A stretch of 64,000 nucleotides of DNA from Opitutales bacterium (GTDB taxonomy: Bacteria; Verrucomicrobiota; Verrucomicrobiia; Opitutales; UBA2987), in NCBI GenBank assembly GCA_965226885.1, contig CBDDEL010000016.1, positions 736,001 to 800,000 on the forward strand, written 5' to 3'. The position numbers were made by a program, and so were the translations under genes. Positions 30,053 to 39,942 of this stretch are shown here, in pieces. A model generated the notes under the pieces. That model did not search any database. It was not told the origin of the DNA and saw nothing but the letters and a program-made list of their open reading frames with translations. How positions within the stretch are numbered: the first letter of the stretch is position 1; every line of letters begins with the position of its first letter.

Positions 30053-31567
30053 TTATTCCAAAGTCAAACCGCTGGGTTCGTAGGGCACATCCTCGTTGAG
30101 GCTGAAGTAGTGAAGCCAGCGGAAGGTTTCAAAGGAACCCGTGCCCACGTAATACCAGAGCCAGGCCGCTCCTTCGGCTTTGTAGAGAAATCGGTAAAGG
30201 CCGTTATTACTGGTCCAGAACCAGCCCAGTTTGTCGTCCCAAAACCAGATCGAGGATTGCGACTGGCCCGAATTCCATATCCAGCCATGCTCGGCATGGA
30301 AAATCCAGGGGTAGCTTTGCGTGTTGACGGCGAAGTCTCCGAACCAGTCCGAGCGGACCCAGTCATCGAAAAGAAATTTCACATCGGCCCAAAGTGGAGG
30401 CAGGGTTTTATCGGCCAGTTGCCGACCCGTATGCTCGCTATCATGGGAAAATTGCGGCCAGGTTTCCAGGGCTGGGGCCAGGCCGGTTTCGACCGCGTAT
30501 AAATTTCCATCGAAGACTCCGATGTAAACTTTGCCGTTTGCGCTCAGGGTGGGGGAGGAATCTATTACGTCGGGAAGCGTCAACTGCCACCGGAATTGTC
30601 CGTCAAAGGAGTAGGAAAATAAACGGCTGTCGCCGTCGCCAACAAAAGAGGCAAAGTAAACATTCCCTTCGGCATCGACCGCGGGGGAGCTATAGACAAT
30701 CTCGCCCACCGCAGCCGACCAGGATTCCACCCCGTCGGTGTCGAGGGCGTAAAAATAACCGTCGCGGGAAGCAAAATACAGGTTCCCGAACACATCGATG
30801 GCCGGAGAGCTATCCACTTCCCCTTCCGCTTCAAATTTCCAGCGCAAGTTTCCATCCGCATCGACCGAGTAAAAAAAGTAATTGTCGGAGCCGAAATATA
30901 TATTCCCATCCGCGTCGATGGCTGGCGATGAAAGGATATGATTGTCCCGGTTGGCCACCGTATCGGTCGTAAAGGTCCATTTTTGCGTACCATCGGGATT
31001 CAGGGCGTAAAGGTTGCCGTCGTAACAGCCGAAATAGATGGTGCCGTCCTCTGCCAGGGCAGGGGAGGAATCCAGTTCATCGGGGGCTAAAAACTCCCAT
31101 TTGAGGGAACCGTCCGCATTGAGGGCGTAAAAACTGGCATCGGAAGAACCGAAATAGATGGTGCCGTCGGTGCCAATGGCAGGGGAGGCAATGATCAGGC
31201 TATCGGTTTCAAACCTCCAGAGTTCATTTCCGGTTTCCGCGTCGAGGGCGTAGAGGTTGTTATCCCAGGAACCGACATAGAGGACACCACCCGAACCCAG
31301 GGCCGGAGACGAGTCGAACCAGTCTGCGCCGGTAAAGGCCCATTTTTGCGACCCATCGGCATTGACCGCGTATAGTTTGTTGTCTTCTGAACCGATGAAA
31401 ATGGTCTCCGAATTGGAAACGGCGGCTGATGAAAAGAGGATTCCTGCGGTGGAAAATCTCCACAATTCCTCCCCTTGTTCCTGAGCTTCAGCCAAGTTAA
31501 TGGCAAACCGGAAAATAATGAGAAAAAAGGCGATCAACAATTTGAGGAAAGGTCTCTGATTTTTCAT
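30053..31567 (-). CDS. Secreted PQQ-like/BamB-type beta-propeller repeat protein with Trp-rich C-terminal domain
   Basis: Signal peptide; about eight SSPA.x.DG.IYFGS.D..xYA.x.DG..KW repeats; aromatic C-terminal ~100 aa. Confidence 0.88.
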   Translation of the reverse strand: MKNQRPFLKLLIAFFLIIFRFAINLAEAQEQGEELWRFSTAGILFSSAAVSNSETIFIGSEDNKLYAVNADGSQKWAFTGADWFDSSPALGSGGVLYVGSWDNNLYALDAETGNELWRFETDSLIIASPAIGTDGTIYFGSSDASFYALNADGSLKWEFLAPDELDSSPALAEDGTIYFGCYDGNLYALNPDGTQKWTFTTDTVANRDNHILSSPAIDADGNIYFGSDNYFFYSVDADGNLRWKFEAEGEVDSSPAIDVFGNLYFASRDGYFYALDTDGVESWSAAVGEIVYSSPAVDAEGNVYFASFVGDGDSRLFSYSFDGQFRWQLTLPDVIDSSPTLSANGKVYIGVFDGNLYAVETGLAPALETWPQFSHDSEHTGRQLADKTLPPLWADVKFLFDDWVRSDWFGDFAVNTQSYPWIFHAEHGWIWNSGQSQSSIWFWDDKLGWFWTSNNGLYRFLYKAEGAAWLWYYVGTGSFETFRWLHYFSLNEDVPYEPSGLTLE

Positions 31568-31588
31568 GGAAATGGTAAAGCTTCGGGA

Positions 31589-33028
31589 TCAGGCGTCTTT
31601 GACCGCCGATTTATCAAGGGTGAGTAAAAAACAGGCGCCGCCGGTTCCATTTTTCTCCAGGGAAAGCTCCCCGCCGATGTGCCCGGCCAACTGCCGGCTG
31701 ATGGCCAGGCCAAGCCCGGAACCTCCGGGTTTGCTTGATTTGCAGGGTGTGAACAGGTTTTCCAGCATGTTCCGCGGAATCCCCGGTCCGGCGTCGGTTA
31801 CCCGGAGGTATAGTTTTTCCTCATTGCCTTCCATCGTAAAGCGGATCTCTTTGCCCGCCGGAGTCGCTTCTACGGCATTTTGCACCAGGTTCATGAGGAT
31901 GAGCATGAGCAGGTTGCCCCGCCGGTTGGCCAGGCGAGCCTCCGGCGTTTTCTCGTTTGCCGAAAACAAGACACCTGATTTTTTGGCCGCCGGTTCCGCT
32001 TTCGAGACGATCAATTCCCTGATCTCGGCAAGCGTGTAATCATAGTCCGAGGCGCTTTCCTCTTCCTGTAAAATATCCACGATTTCCCTTATCATGTCCT
32101 GCATCCGGCGGGTGGAGTCGATGGCCAACTGCCACTCCTCGCGGTTGCTATCGACTGGTTCCGCGTTGCTGCCGCTGATAAAATCCTGCAAGCCGGACAA
32201 GGGGTTTTTCAAACCGTGCACGAGGTGCGATGCCACCGCCCCGATGGCCGAGGTTTTGGCCATCATGGACAGCTCCGCATTGGCCGCCAGGAGGCGCTGA
32301 CCGCGTTCCTCGACCTCTTCATAAGCTTTTCGAAGCCGGCCAAATGCCCATAAAAATACCGCCATGATCAAAAAGCTTCCCGTCGCCAAGGCAATCCCGG
32401 CCTGCCACCCCAGGTTGGCGTCCAAAGCGGTGAATTGTGTGGCGATTTCCTGGCCGTCCAACAGGTACTGGGCAATACCGAGCAATTGGGAGGAATCTGC
32501 GCGATGCAGGGGGGCAATCACCTCCAGCAAAGGATAACCCGCATGATCGGAACTTTTTTCCGAAGCGATGAAGTAATCCTCGATGCGGCCTGATGGATAA
32601 TAACGGCTGATGGGTTTCATCCGCCCAATTTTCTGGAGGTCTTCCTTTGACAACTCACCGAGCAGGAAATCACCGGGCACTGCTTGCGAAAACTTTCCAT
32701 CCGGTTCGAAGATTCTGACCGCGAGGACACCCTTAAGCTCAGAGGTGTTCAACACAACCTTGAGCAGATCGGTTTCCATTTCCAGGAGCGGATCGTTTAA
32801 AAAATCATCCTCGGCCCGTGAAATTTCCATCAGCGCGACGGGGTAGAGCACTTCCGCATCCCTGGCCACGATCTGGTTGCGAACCTGTGAGCGCAGCTTC
32901 AGGCTGACCGCCGCCACAATGAGGGCGAAAACGAGCAAAGTGGCCAGCGTCGCCGCAATCGGCACCGGGCCGACAGCCAAACGCCACCGGCGGGTATTAA
33001 TTTTCCCCCTGTTTCCTTTTTGCGCCAA
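31589..33028 (-). CDS. Membrane sensor histidine kinase
   Basis: Two TM helices, H-box HGLKNPL, NLVQNA, DAGPGI and GSGLGL motifs. Confidence 0.9.
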   Translation of the reverse strand: MAQKGNRGKINTRRWRLAVGPVPIAATLATLLVFALIVAAVSLKLRSQVRNQIVARDAEVLYPVALMEISRAEDDFLNDPLLEMETDLLKVVLNTSELKGVLAVRIFEPDGKFSQAVPGDFLLGELSKEDLQKIGRMKPISRYYPSGRIEDYFIASEKSSDHAGYPLLEVIAPLHRADSSQLLGIAQYLLDGQEIATQFTALDANLGWQAGIALATGSFLIMAVFLWAFGRLRKAYEEVEERGQRLLAANAELSMMAKTSAIGAVASHLVHGLKNPLSGLQDFISGSNAEPVDSNREEWQLAIDSTRRMQDMIREIVDILQEEESASDYDYTLAEIRELIVSKAEPAAKKSGVLFSANEKTPEARLANRRGNLLMLILMNLVQNAVEATPAGKEIRFTMEGNEEKLYLRVTDAGPGIPRNMLENLFTPCKSSKPGGSGLGLAISRQLAGHIGGELSLEKNGTGGACFLLTLDKSAVKDA

Positions 33029-33031
33029 TGT

Positions 33032-34267
33032 TTAAAAAGTCCTTTCGAAGCCTAAATTTATCACATTTTGCCTGAATTCGTCTTCAATCCGGTTGGACAG
33101 GCTTTCCTCATGCGACCATTGGATAAAGATATTCCATTTTTCCGAGATATTTTTATTAACCCTGACCAGAGCGGAAAGGTCGTTCCTTTGGTAGAGGCGG
33201 TTATCGGAAAAATCCACCGTTTTCACACCATAGTGGTTGAATGAGTAATTGAATTCTCCCACCAGGCTCCAGGATTTTTTTTCCAGGCGCACTTTCTGGC
33301 TGATCTTGTAGCGATCGTAATCGCTGTATCCCACTCCGTTGTCCCGATTTAGTTTGAGGGTAAATTTTGTCGTTGTCTGTAACCATTTTTCCCCCATCCA
33401 GTCCTGCTTCCAGATGACCGATGCTTCGTGCCACTGCCATTGCAGGTTGGTGTGCTCAATGGAAAATCCATTCTCGTCCCGCTGTGTGCGCTCATCGTAA
33501 ATTTTGCGTCCCGTCTTGAAACCAAGTTCCAGTTTTCCTCCAAAAGAAAACCCTTTTTGGTAGGACAGCCGGGCAAACGGATCGGTGTAATCGTCACCGG
33601 AATCCTGAAAATAATTACGCTGGGCACCTCCTTCCAGTTGCAGGTAGGAGTTGTCGGAAAGATTCCAGCGGGCAAAAGGGGCCATATCGAACTGCTTGAA
33701 TTTCAACGTCGTGGACTCGATTTCGAGGTCTGAGCGGGAAATGTCGAACACCTCGTCGGCATAGGTGAAGGTAAACTTGTAGCCGCCGGAAAGCGTATGC
33801 CCCGGATTCCAGGCCACTCGATTTTGCAGGATGACCAGGTTTTCCCTATCGACCCCTTCCGCATCCGGGTAATAATACTGCTCACCCAGGAAATACCAGT
33901 AACTGTCTTTGCGCCCCTCATTCGATATTTTCCATATAAACCCCTCCAGCGAAACGCTTATAAAGGGGCTGCTTTCCTCGGCAAAAGCGCCCTGTAAAAC
34001 ATTATCGTTATAGCCGCCTTGCACCAGTAGGGTGAATTCCTTACTCCAGGAAGAGGTATTTGTTTCTTCACCCGGTTCCGCTCCGGCGATCATGGCATCA
34101 AGCTGGGCATCGCTGAAATCGACCGGAGTAACCGCTGCCGCTGCCGCTGTAACATTGAGCGAGTTTTGAGCGTTTCCGCCGGAATCATTATTGATAAAAT
34201 TGGCCTGCCCCAAAGTTAAATCAGTCACCAAACTGAAAGCTAAAACGATGGGGCCGATTTTAAACAT
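33032..34267 (-). CDS. Putative outer-membrane beta-barrel protein
   Basis: Signal peptide, GGYNDNV, alternating beta-strand pattern and terminal Phe (LGFERTF). Confidence 0.7.
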   Translation of the reverse strand: MFKIGPIVLAFSLVTDLTLGQANFINNDSGGNAQNSLNVTAAAAAVTPVDFSDAQLDAMIAGAEPGEETNTSSWSKEFTLLVQGGYNDNVLQGAFAEESSPFISVSLEGFIWKISNEGRKDSYWYFLGEQYYYPDAEGVDRENLVILQNRVAWNPGHTLSGGYKFTFTYADEVFDISRSDLEIESTTLKFKQFDMAPFARWNLSDNSYLQLEGGAQRNYFQDSGDDYTDPFARLSYQKGFSFGGKLELGFKTGRKIYDERTQRDENGFSIEHTNLQWQWHEASVIWKQDWMGEKWLQTTTKFTLKLNRDNGVGYSDYDRYKISQKVRLEKKSWSLVGEFNYSFNHYGVKTVDFSDNRLYQRNDLSALVRVNKNISEKWNIFIQWSHEESLSNRIEDEFRQNVINLGFERTF

Positions 34268-34384
34268 GCAACGGCAACTGATTATTAAGCTGAAATAATT
34301 TCGGTCGTTTAATGACTATTTTAATACAGCTTCTTAGCCAATAAACAAAGGGGCGGCAGAGAAGGTTTCAAATGTAAAAAGAAA

Positions 34385-34411
34385 GCAGGCGGCTTCTTTG
34401 AAACCGCCTGC
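34385..34411 (-). terminator. Probable intrinsic terminator
   Basis: Stem GCAGGCGG/CCGCCTGC followed on the minus strand by TTTCTTTTT, downstream of the gene ending at 34462. Confidence 0.6.
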
Positions 34412-35043
34412 CATTACCGGCAAACCCCTTAGCCGGATTTATTTTTGGAATGAATTGTTACTCAACCGCCGTCTCCGTCTCCAGTGTCGGTCACGCGATC
34501 CCTGATTTGGTCGCGCAATTCCCGGCGAAGCTCTTTCTGTTCATGTAAACGCTGCCTTTGTTCTTCGCGGAAAGCCTGGATGGCTGCCTCACGTTCTTCG
34601 CCCGTTAAATCCTTGATTGATTCAAGAAATTCATGCCTATCCTGCCGCAAGGCCTGTCTTTCGGCCTGAAAATCATCCCGTCTGGACTGGAATTCCGGAG
34701 GCAATGGCCGGTGACGTGGCGGCAGCGGCCGATCCCCGCGAACATCCTTCAGTTCTTCCCTGATTTCAGTGGCCAAGTCACGTTGGCTGGCGATGCGGTC
34801 GGCATTCTCTTCGCGGAAAGCCTGCACTGTTTCGCGAATTTCCTCGCGGTCAGGATCCTCCAGGGCGGCAATCGACTCTCTCAGTTCTTCCCTTAAGGCA
34901 CCCTTTTCATCCCGGTAGGAATCGATTTTTTCCCTCAATTCATCGGTCAGTTCGGGTAAATCCGGCCGTTGCACCTGATGTGACCGCCGAAAACACTACC
35001 ATTGCCAGTGAGAGTCTTTCTGGAGAAATTACCGGAAAGACCT

Positions 35044-35310
35044 ATGAAGCAAAAAAGATACACCCCTGAACAAATCATAACGATACTGCGCGAAGTAGAC
35101 GCAGGCAAAGGCATTCAGGATGTCTGTCGGTCCCACAATATCAGTCCTCAAAGCTACCATCGTTGGCGTAAAAAGTATGGCCGCATGGAGCTGCGTGACG
35201 CCAAGCGGCTGAAGGAGCTGGAGCGCGAGAACACACAGCTTAAGAAGATTGTAGCCGAGCAGATGCTGGAGAACCGTGTGCTCAAGGAGGTGAACGCAAA
35301 AAAATGGTAG
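35044..35310 (+). CDS. IS3 transposase OrfA
   Basis: HTH motif (KRYTPEQII..YHRWRKKY); A7 slippery run at its end. Confidence 0.9.
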   Translation: MKQKRYTPEQIITILREVDAGKGIQDVCRSHNISPQSYHRWRKKYGRMELRDAKRLKELERENTQLKKIVAEQMLENRVLKEVNAKKW

Positions 35311-36233
35311 GCCCGAAGCAGAAAAAGGAAGCGGTGAAGCATGTATTGGCCCAAGGGTCGTGCTCGCTGCGTCGGGCCTGTCAGTATTTTGGGTTGCACC
35401 GCTCAACCTACCTGTATGAACCCAAGAAAGCTACTGAGTATAGGCATAAACTGGTGGCACGCATCATTGCCTTTTCGAAGAAGCATCCGCGCTATGGCTA
35501 TCGTCGGATCCGCGCTTTGTTGACCCATGAAGGTTGGCCCGTGAGTCGCAAATTCGTCCAAAAAGTGCGTCGTTTCGAAGGACTGGGTGTGCGGCCGTCT
35601 GGCAAGCGCCGTCGCCGGCAGGGCCAATCCACGGCTACCCCGACCCGAGCAGTGCAGCCCAACCATGTGTGGAGTTGGGACTTCGTGGCGGATCGCACCG
35701 ACCGGGGCGGTCCGCTCAGGCTCTTGACACTGATCGATGAACATACCCGTCAATGCCTGGCCATTAAGGTTGCGCGCTCACTGAAAAGTGCCGATGTGGT
35801 AGAGGTATTGAACGATGCCATAAGAGAGAACGGCAAACCTCAGTGCATCCGCTCGGACAACGGATCGGAGTTTATAGCCCACCAAGTCAAAGAAGAACTG
35901 CAGCGACAGGAAATTGCCATCGCATACATTGATCCAGGAAGCCCTTGGCAGAATGGACATATAGAATCCTTTCATAATCGTTTGCGCGATGAATGCCTTA
36001 ATCAGGAACTGTTCCTGAGCGTGACCGAAGCGCGTGTGGTGGTCGAACAATGGCGACACAAATACAACGCGAAACACCCCCACAGCCGATTAGGCTTTCT
36101 CTCCCCAAATACATTTGCCAGACTCTGGCGAACAATCAACAAAGCAGCGGCTGGCTCCATTCGGCCTACGGCCTCATTGCGCCACCCGCTGCAAAACCTA
36201 CAATACCAAACCTACGGAAATACTCTCACTTAA
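35304..36233 (+). CDS. IS3 transposase OrfB (integrase core; -1 frameshift from OrfA)
   Basis: YGYRRI, WSWDF, SDNGSEF and PWQNGHIESF motifs. Confidence 0.92.
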   Translation: MVGPKQKKEAVKHVLAQGSCSLRRACQYFGLHRSTYLYEPKKATEYRHKLVARIIAFSKKHPRYGYRRIRALLTHEGWPVSRKFVQKVRRFEGLGVRPSGKRRRRQGQSTATPTRAVQPNHVWSWDFVADRTDRGGPLRLLTLIDEHTRQCLAIKVARSLKSADVVEVLNDAIRENGKPQCIRSDNGSEFIAHQVKEELQRQEIAIAYIDPGSPWQNGHIESFHNRLRDECLNQELFLSVTEARVVVEQWRHKYNAKHPHSRLGFLSPNTFARLWRTINKAAAGSIRPTASLRHPLQNLQYQTYGNTLT

Positions 36234-36416
36234 AGTGGTAGCAAAGATGGGGTCCGATCACACCTCTGGCGGCGCTCCATCTTGACTGTATGCCTTGTCG
36301 ATGTAGAAAAACAGGGCAGACAGTAATATAAAACTTAGATTTATGGTTTTTTTCATGGTATTTCCTTTTTTTAATGGTTTTCCGAAAATTTATTCATCGA
36401 ATATGCCCAACCTAAA

Positions 36417-36433
36417 TGCATCTCTTGTGCCAA
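36417..36433 (-). promoter_or_regulatory. sigma54 (-24/-12) promoter
   Basis: Minus strand TTGGCACAAGAGATGCA, with GG-N10-GC spacing, ~60 bp upstream of the ATG at 36356. Confidence 0.7.
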
Positions 36434-36514
36434 TGTATATAGAAATTATAACATACTGGTATAAAGTATCATACAAAATATTGACTCATTCTGTAAAATC
36501 ACATTTTACCTCAA

Positions 36515-36576
36515 TTGGGAAATAATGCCCAATGATTTCAGAATATCCGTGATTCAGATTGGGAAATATTTCCCAA
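36515..36576. promoter_or_regulatory. Paired palindromic enhancer-like sites
   Basis: TTGGGAAATAATGCCCAA (36515-36532) and perfect palindrome TTGGGAAATATTTCCCAA (36559-36576), 44 bp apart. Confidence 0.65.
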
Positions 36577-36600
36577 CGAAGTTTCTAGCATGGGGCCGGG

Positions 36601-38958
36601 TCAGAAGGAGTATTTCATCCCGAAGGTGGCCAGGCGTGGTGGGCCGGGGCGGGGGCCGTGGGGATGCCGTGAGGCGATGTAATGCTGGTCGAAAAGATTG
36701 CTCACTACTCCGAAGATTTCCAGACCGGAGCGGATTTCGTAATTAAAGCTTAGATCAACCGTCAGGTGGCTATCGGTCTTGCCGAATCGGATGTCCGGGC
36801 CGCCAGCGTTGGGGTTGATTTCATCGGTTGAATTGGCGGCTGTTGAAAATGTGCTGCCCACATAGGTAGCGTTCAGGTAGGCGCTGAATTTCTCGTATTC
36901 CAGCCCGGTTGAGAAATTAACCTGAAACTCCGGGATATAGGGCACCCGGTTACCGTCCTGGCCCCCTGCGAAAATGGATTCGACATCCTGGGAATTGGAG
37001 TCTCCATCAAGGGTGGCTCTGGTGTAGGTAAAGGCGATGGAATTGGGATTGCGGAAACCCCAGTCATTGGCCCCGGCGAGATCGAAGCCGACCAATAACT
37101 CAAGCCCCCGGGTTTTTGCCTGGCCGACGTTTTCCGTTTCACCCGCGCCCGCGCCGCCGATATTGTCGGCTACGATCAAGTCGTCAAGCGAGGTGTGAAA
37201 AAAGACTACTTCGCCATAGTGGCCGCGGTGCGTGTCGTAACGAAAGCCCACTTCCACGGCATCGCTTTTTTCCTCGGTCACTCCGTTCCTGATGTTGGCC
37301 CTGGGGCCGGGTGAACCTACTCCCCGGTGGTATCCGGTGAAAAAGAAGACATTGTCGCTGTATCGATAAGTGGTTGAGATGCCCGGGGCGACCAATTGCA
37401 AAACCCCGGTCCCGCTGTTGGTCGGGAGATTAGTCCCGTCGGTGGTAAAATCGGTGTAGGAGAAATCGAGGTTTTCGAACCTTATACCCGGTTGAAAGGA
37501 CCAGCGGCCGATATTGATTTTGTCTTCCAGATAAAAAGCGGTAGCCCTGGTGACCTGCCGCCGGTTGCCGTCCGAGCCGTTGGCGCTGCGGATAGGCGCG
37601 GCGAAATTGCCCTGCCCATCCTGCATATAAAGATCGTGCCATTGGAACCTGCGGATGCTGTCCTTGTGGTAGCGGAATCCGGCTTCCAGATCGTGCCTGG
37701 CATCACCGGTGGAGAAAAAGTAATTGAGGGCGGTTTGCACCCCCGCCATGTAGTAATCGCGGTTGTTGGCGCGCACGCGCAGGTCGCCCGCCCGTTCGCC
37801 CTTGAGCAGTTCCAGGGCCATGCCGTCGTTGCTGCCGGCTAGAGCGGCGGATACTGACGCTCTGATGGGACCGGCACCGGGAACTTCTTCCCGGTCCTCG
37901 GGAATGCCGTTTCCGTCCAGGTCGATATCCCGAATGTCGTGAAGTTTATACCAGTTGCGGTGAAATTTGCTGTAATAAACCGTCGTGGTGAGCTTTAATT
38001 CGGGGTTTAAATCGATAATATGGCGCAGGTGGATATTGGTATGGTTGGTGTCGATGCGGTCGTTGCGGGTGGCGGCATAACGGCGGTTAGGATTTTCTCC
38101 CAGGTCCTCGGTGGTCAGCCCCAGGTATGCTTCGTCGGCGTGCAGGTCCATGTAGCTTAGTCTAAATTCAAAGTAATTGTAGCGTTCCGTGTTGGGCTCC
38201 CAGCTGGCTTTGAAGGTGTAGTCGGTGCGCGTAAAACCGGTTTTATCCGAACCGGAATAATCGCCGGCCCCGTCGATGGTTTTAAATCCGTCGGTCTGCC
38301 GATGGTAAACTTCGCCCAGGAGGCCGATCTGGCCCACGCTGGAATCGTATTTTTGGCCGGCATGGCCGTGCAGGCGAAAGTCGTTGCCGGAGCCGTAGTT
38401 CAGCTTGAGCATTCCTCTCGCCCGATCTGGAATCGGGGTGGAAAGGTAATTAATGGCCCCTCCGGTGGTGTGCGGACCGTATTTTATTTGGCTGGATCCT
38501 TTCAATACTTCCACCCCGGACATGCGCCCGGCAGTAGGGGAGTAGTAGGCGGCCGGGGCCGAGTAGGTGGCCGGGGCCGTTAAAACCCCATCCTCCATTA
38601 CCGTCAACTTGTCGTTGCGCACGGTGTTGACGCCTCGCAGACTGATGTTGGGAAACAAGCCATAACCATCTTCTTCCCGCACGTAAACACCGGGAATTTT
38701 TCGCAAAATCTTGTTGATGTCGTCGAGTTGGAGATTTCCGATATCTTCTCTGTTGATGTAGGCGCCTGAGCCAGGCAGGGTGAATATCGCTTCTTTGGAG
38801 CCGATAATCTCAAATTCTGCCAATGAACGCACCTGGCCGATAGGCGCGCCACTATTTTCACCCAGCTCTTGTTCCTGTCCCCATAGGCTTGAGGCCGAAA
38901 ATCCGAAGATGCAGGTTAAACTTATTATTGAAATAAAAGAGCGCTGATAGCTTTTCAT
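36601..38958 (-). CDS. TonB-dependent receptor, FecA-like
   Basis: Signal peptide; plug motifs LRKIPGV..SLRG..EDGV..VEVLKG..YGP..GGAINY; C-terminal NLFD..Y..R..GMKYSF. Confidence 0.92.
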   Translation of the reverse strand: MKSYQRSFISIISLTCIFGFSASSLWGQEQELGENSGAPIGQVRSLAEFEIIGSKEAIFTLPGSGAYINREDIGNLQLDDINKILRKIPGVYVREEDGYGLFPNISLRGVNTVRNDKLTVMEDGVLTAPATYSAPAAYYSPTAGRMSGVEVLKGSSQIKYGPHTTGGAINYLSTPIPDRARGMLKLNYGSGNDFRLHGHAGQKYDSSVGQIGLLGEVYHRQTDGFKTIDGAGDYSGSDKTGFTRTDYTFKASWEPNTERYNYFEFRLSYMDLHADEAYLGLTTEDLGENPNRRYAATRNDRIDTNHTNIHLRHIIDLNPELKLTTTVYYSKFHRNWYKLHDIRDIDLDGNGIPEDREEVPGAGPIRASVSAALAGSNDGMALELLKGERAGDLRVRANNRDYYMAGVQTALNYFFSTGDARHDLEAGFRYHKDSIRRFQWHDLYMQDGQGNFAAPIRSANGSDGNRRQVTRATAFYLEDKINIGRWSFQPGIRFENLDFSYTDFTTDGTNLPTNSGTGVLQLVAPGISTTYRYSDNVFFFTGYHRGVGSPGPRANIRNGVTEEKSDAVEVGFRYDTHRGHYGEVVFFHTSLDDLIVADNIGGAGAGETENVGQAKTRGLELLVGFDLAGANDWGFRNPNSIAFTYTRATLDGDSNSQDVESIFAGGQDGNRVPYIPEFQVNFSTGLEYEKFSAYLNATYVGSTFSTAANSTDEINPNAGGPDIRFGKTDSHLTVDLSFNYEIRSGLEIFGVVSNLFDQHYIASRHPHGPRPGPPRLATFGMKYSF

Positions 38959-39001
38959 TTTATCTATAAAATTTTAAGATGTGGACCCAAAAAAGTCCTT
39001 A

Positions 39002-39056
39002 TTGATATTAAGTCTCAAATACAATTTAATTGAGACCCGTTCTCATGAGTTGTCAA
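39002..39056 (-). promoter_or_regulatory. Two Fur-box-like inverted repeats and a -35 TTGACA
   Basis: TTGATATTAAGTCTCAA (39002-39018) and TTGAGACCCGTTCTCAT (39030-39046); TTGACA on the minus strand at 39056-39051. Confidence 0.55.
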
Positions 39057-39202
39057 ATCATTATCGCAAATTTTTCTTGAAGTTTATCATTTTTCGGCTG
39101 CGAGGTGTAAAAACTTATTGTCCCGGAGGGAGGCAAGCAGAGTTTCAAGGCAAGATTTCCGGTTGACTAGCGAAACGATAGATGCCTCCAATAGCCGTAT
39201 TG

Positions 39203-39277
39203 GCTCCCGTAGTTCAATGGATAGAATATGCGCCTCCGGAGCGTGGGATCTGGGTTCGAATCCCGGCGGGAGCACCA
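39203..39277 (+). tRNA. tRNA-Arg (CCG)
   Basis: Acceptor stem GCTCCCG/CGGGAGC, anticodon loop CTCCGGA, T-loop GTTCGAATC and encoded CCA. Confidence 0.95.
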
Positions 39278-39298
39278 TTTCCGGTAATGGTACTGCGT

Positions 39299-39916
39299 TT
39301 ATGTCGTTAAACGGCCTTCCACATGGATGGTGATTTCGAGGGCGGGAAAGACTTTTAAAAAACCCATCACTTTGATTATCTTGAGGTTCCAGTTCTGGTA
39401 ATCGATCACCGTTTTGGCATCGATGAGGTATTTCCCGTTTTCTTTTTTCAAATCGAAGGGGAACCGGATGACTTTTTCGACGCCATGAAAGGAAAGGATG
39501 CCTTCGACCACCCATTGGCCATTTACACGGGTGATTTTGCTGCTGGAAAATGACCCCGTGGGAAAATCGTTATGGGACAGCAACTTCAGCATGGTTTTAT
39601 CTCGTTTTTTCTCGCCTGAATCCAGGTCGGCAAAGTTGAAAGTAAACCTCGCTCCCACGATCTCGCCAGATTCTTCCTCAATCTCTATGTTCAGGTCGTA
39701 GTGGGTAACCACGCTGGTGAAATCGTGCAGGGTACTTTCCCCGAACACGGTCACCTTTGTCTTTGCCGTATCAATGACCAGCGGCTGCGTTTCGGCCAAG
39801 GCAACCTGCGAAAGACAGGCGACTGTCCAAAAGATGAGCAATGCCATTAAAAATGGAATACGTTTAGACAGTTGTCTTGGCTGGCGCATCTCAAATATGA
39901 GCGATCTGACCCCCAA
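39299..39916 (-). CDS. YceI family periplasmic protein
   Basis: Signal peptide; STLHDF, LDSGEKKRD, FP and GILSFHGV motifs. True start is probably later (39889). Confidence 0.85.
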   Translation of the reverse strand: MGVRSLIFEMRQPRQLSKRIPFLMALLIFWTVACLSQVALAETQPLVIDTAKTKVTVFGESTLHDFTSVVTHYDLNIEIEEESGEIVGARFTFNFADLDSGEKKRDKTMLKLLSHNDFPTGSFSSSKITRVNGQWVVEGILSFHGVEKVIRFPFDLKKENGKYLIDAKTVIDYQNWNLKIIKVMGFLKVFPALEITIHVEGRLTT

Positions 39917-39942
39917 ATTATTTCTCTAAATCCACCGTAAGT

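Larger units (their letters stand above)
34976..36260 (+). mobile_element. IS3-family element type B (IS407-like)
   Basis: TG..CA imperfect IRs (TGATGTGACCGCCGAAAACACTACCA / TGGTAGCAAAGATGGGGTCCGATCA); 4-bp TSD CACC. Confidence 0.93.
34462..36356 (-). pseudogene. Secreted charged helical protein (Spy/CpxP/ZraP-like role possible), interrupted by IS3
   Basis: 36356-36261 encodes MKKTINLSFILLSALFFYIDKAYSQDGAPPEV. It continues in frame as QRPDLPELTDEL.. after removing the IS and one CACC copy, giving ~201 aa. Confidence 0.85.

Noticed and set aside
39203..39277. tRNA-Arg as an integration site for an island
   Set aside because: No integrase nearby, and no duplicated tRNA 3' end was seen in the window.
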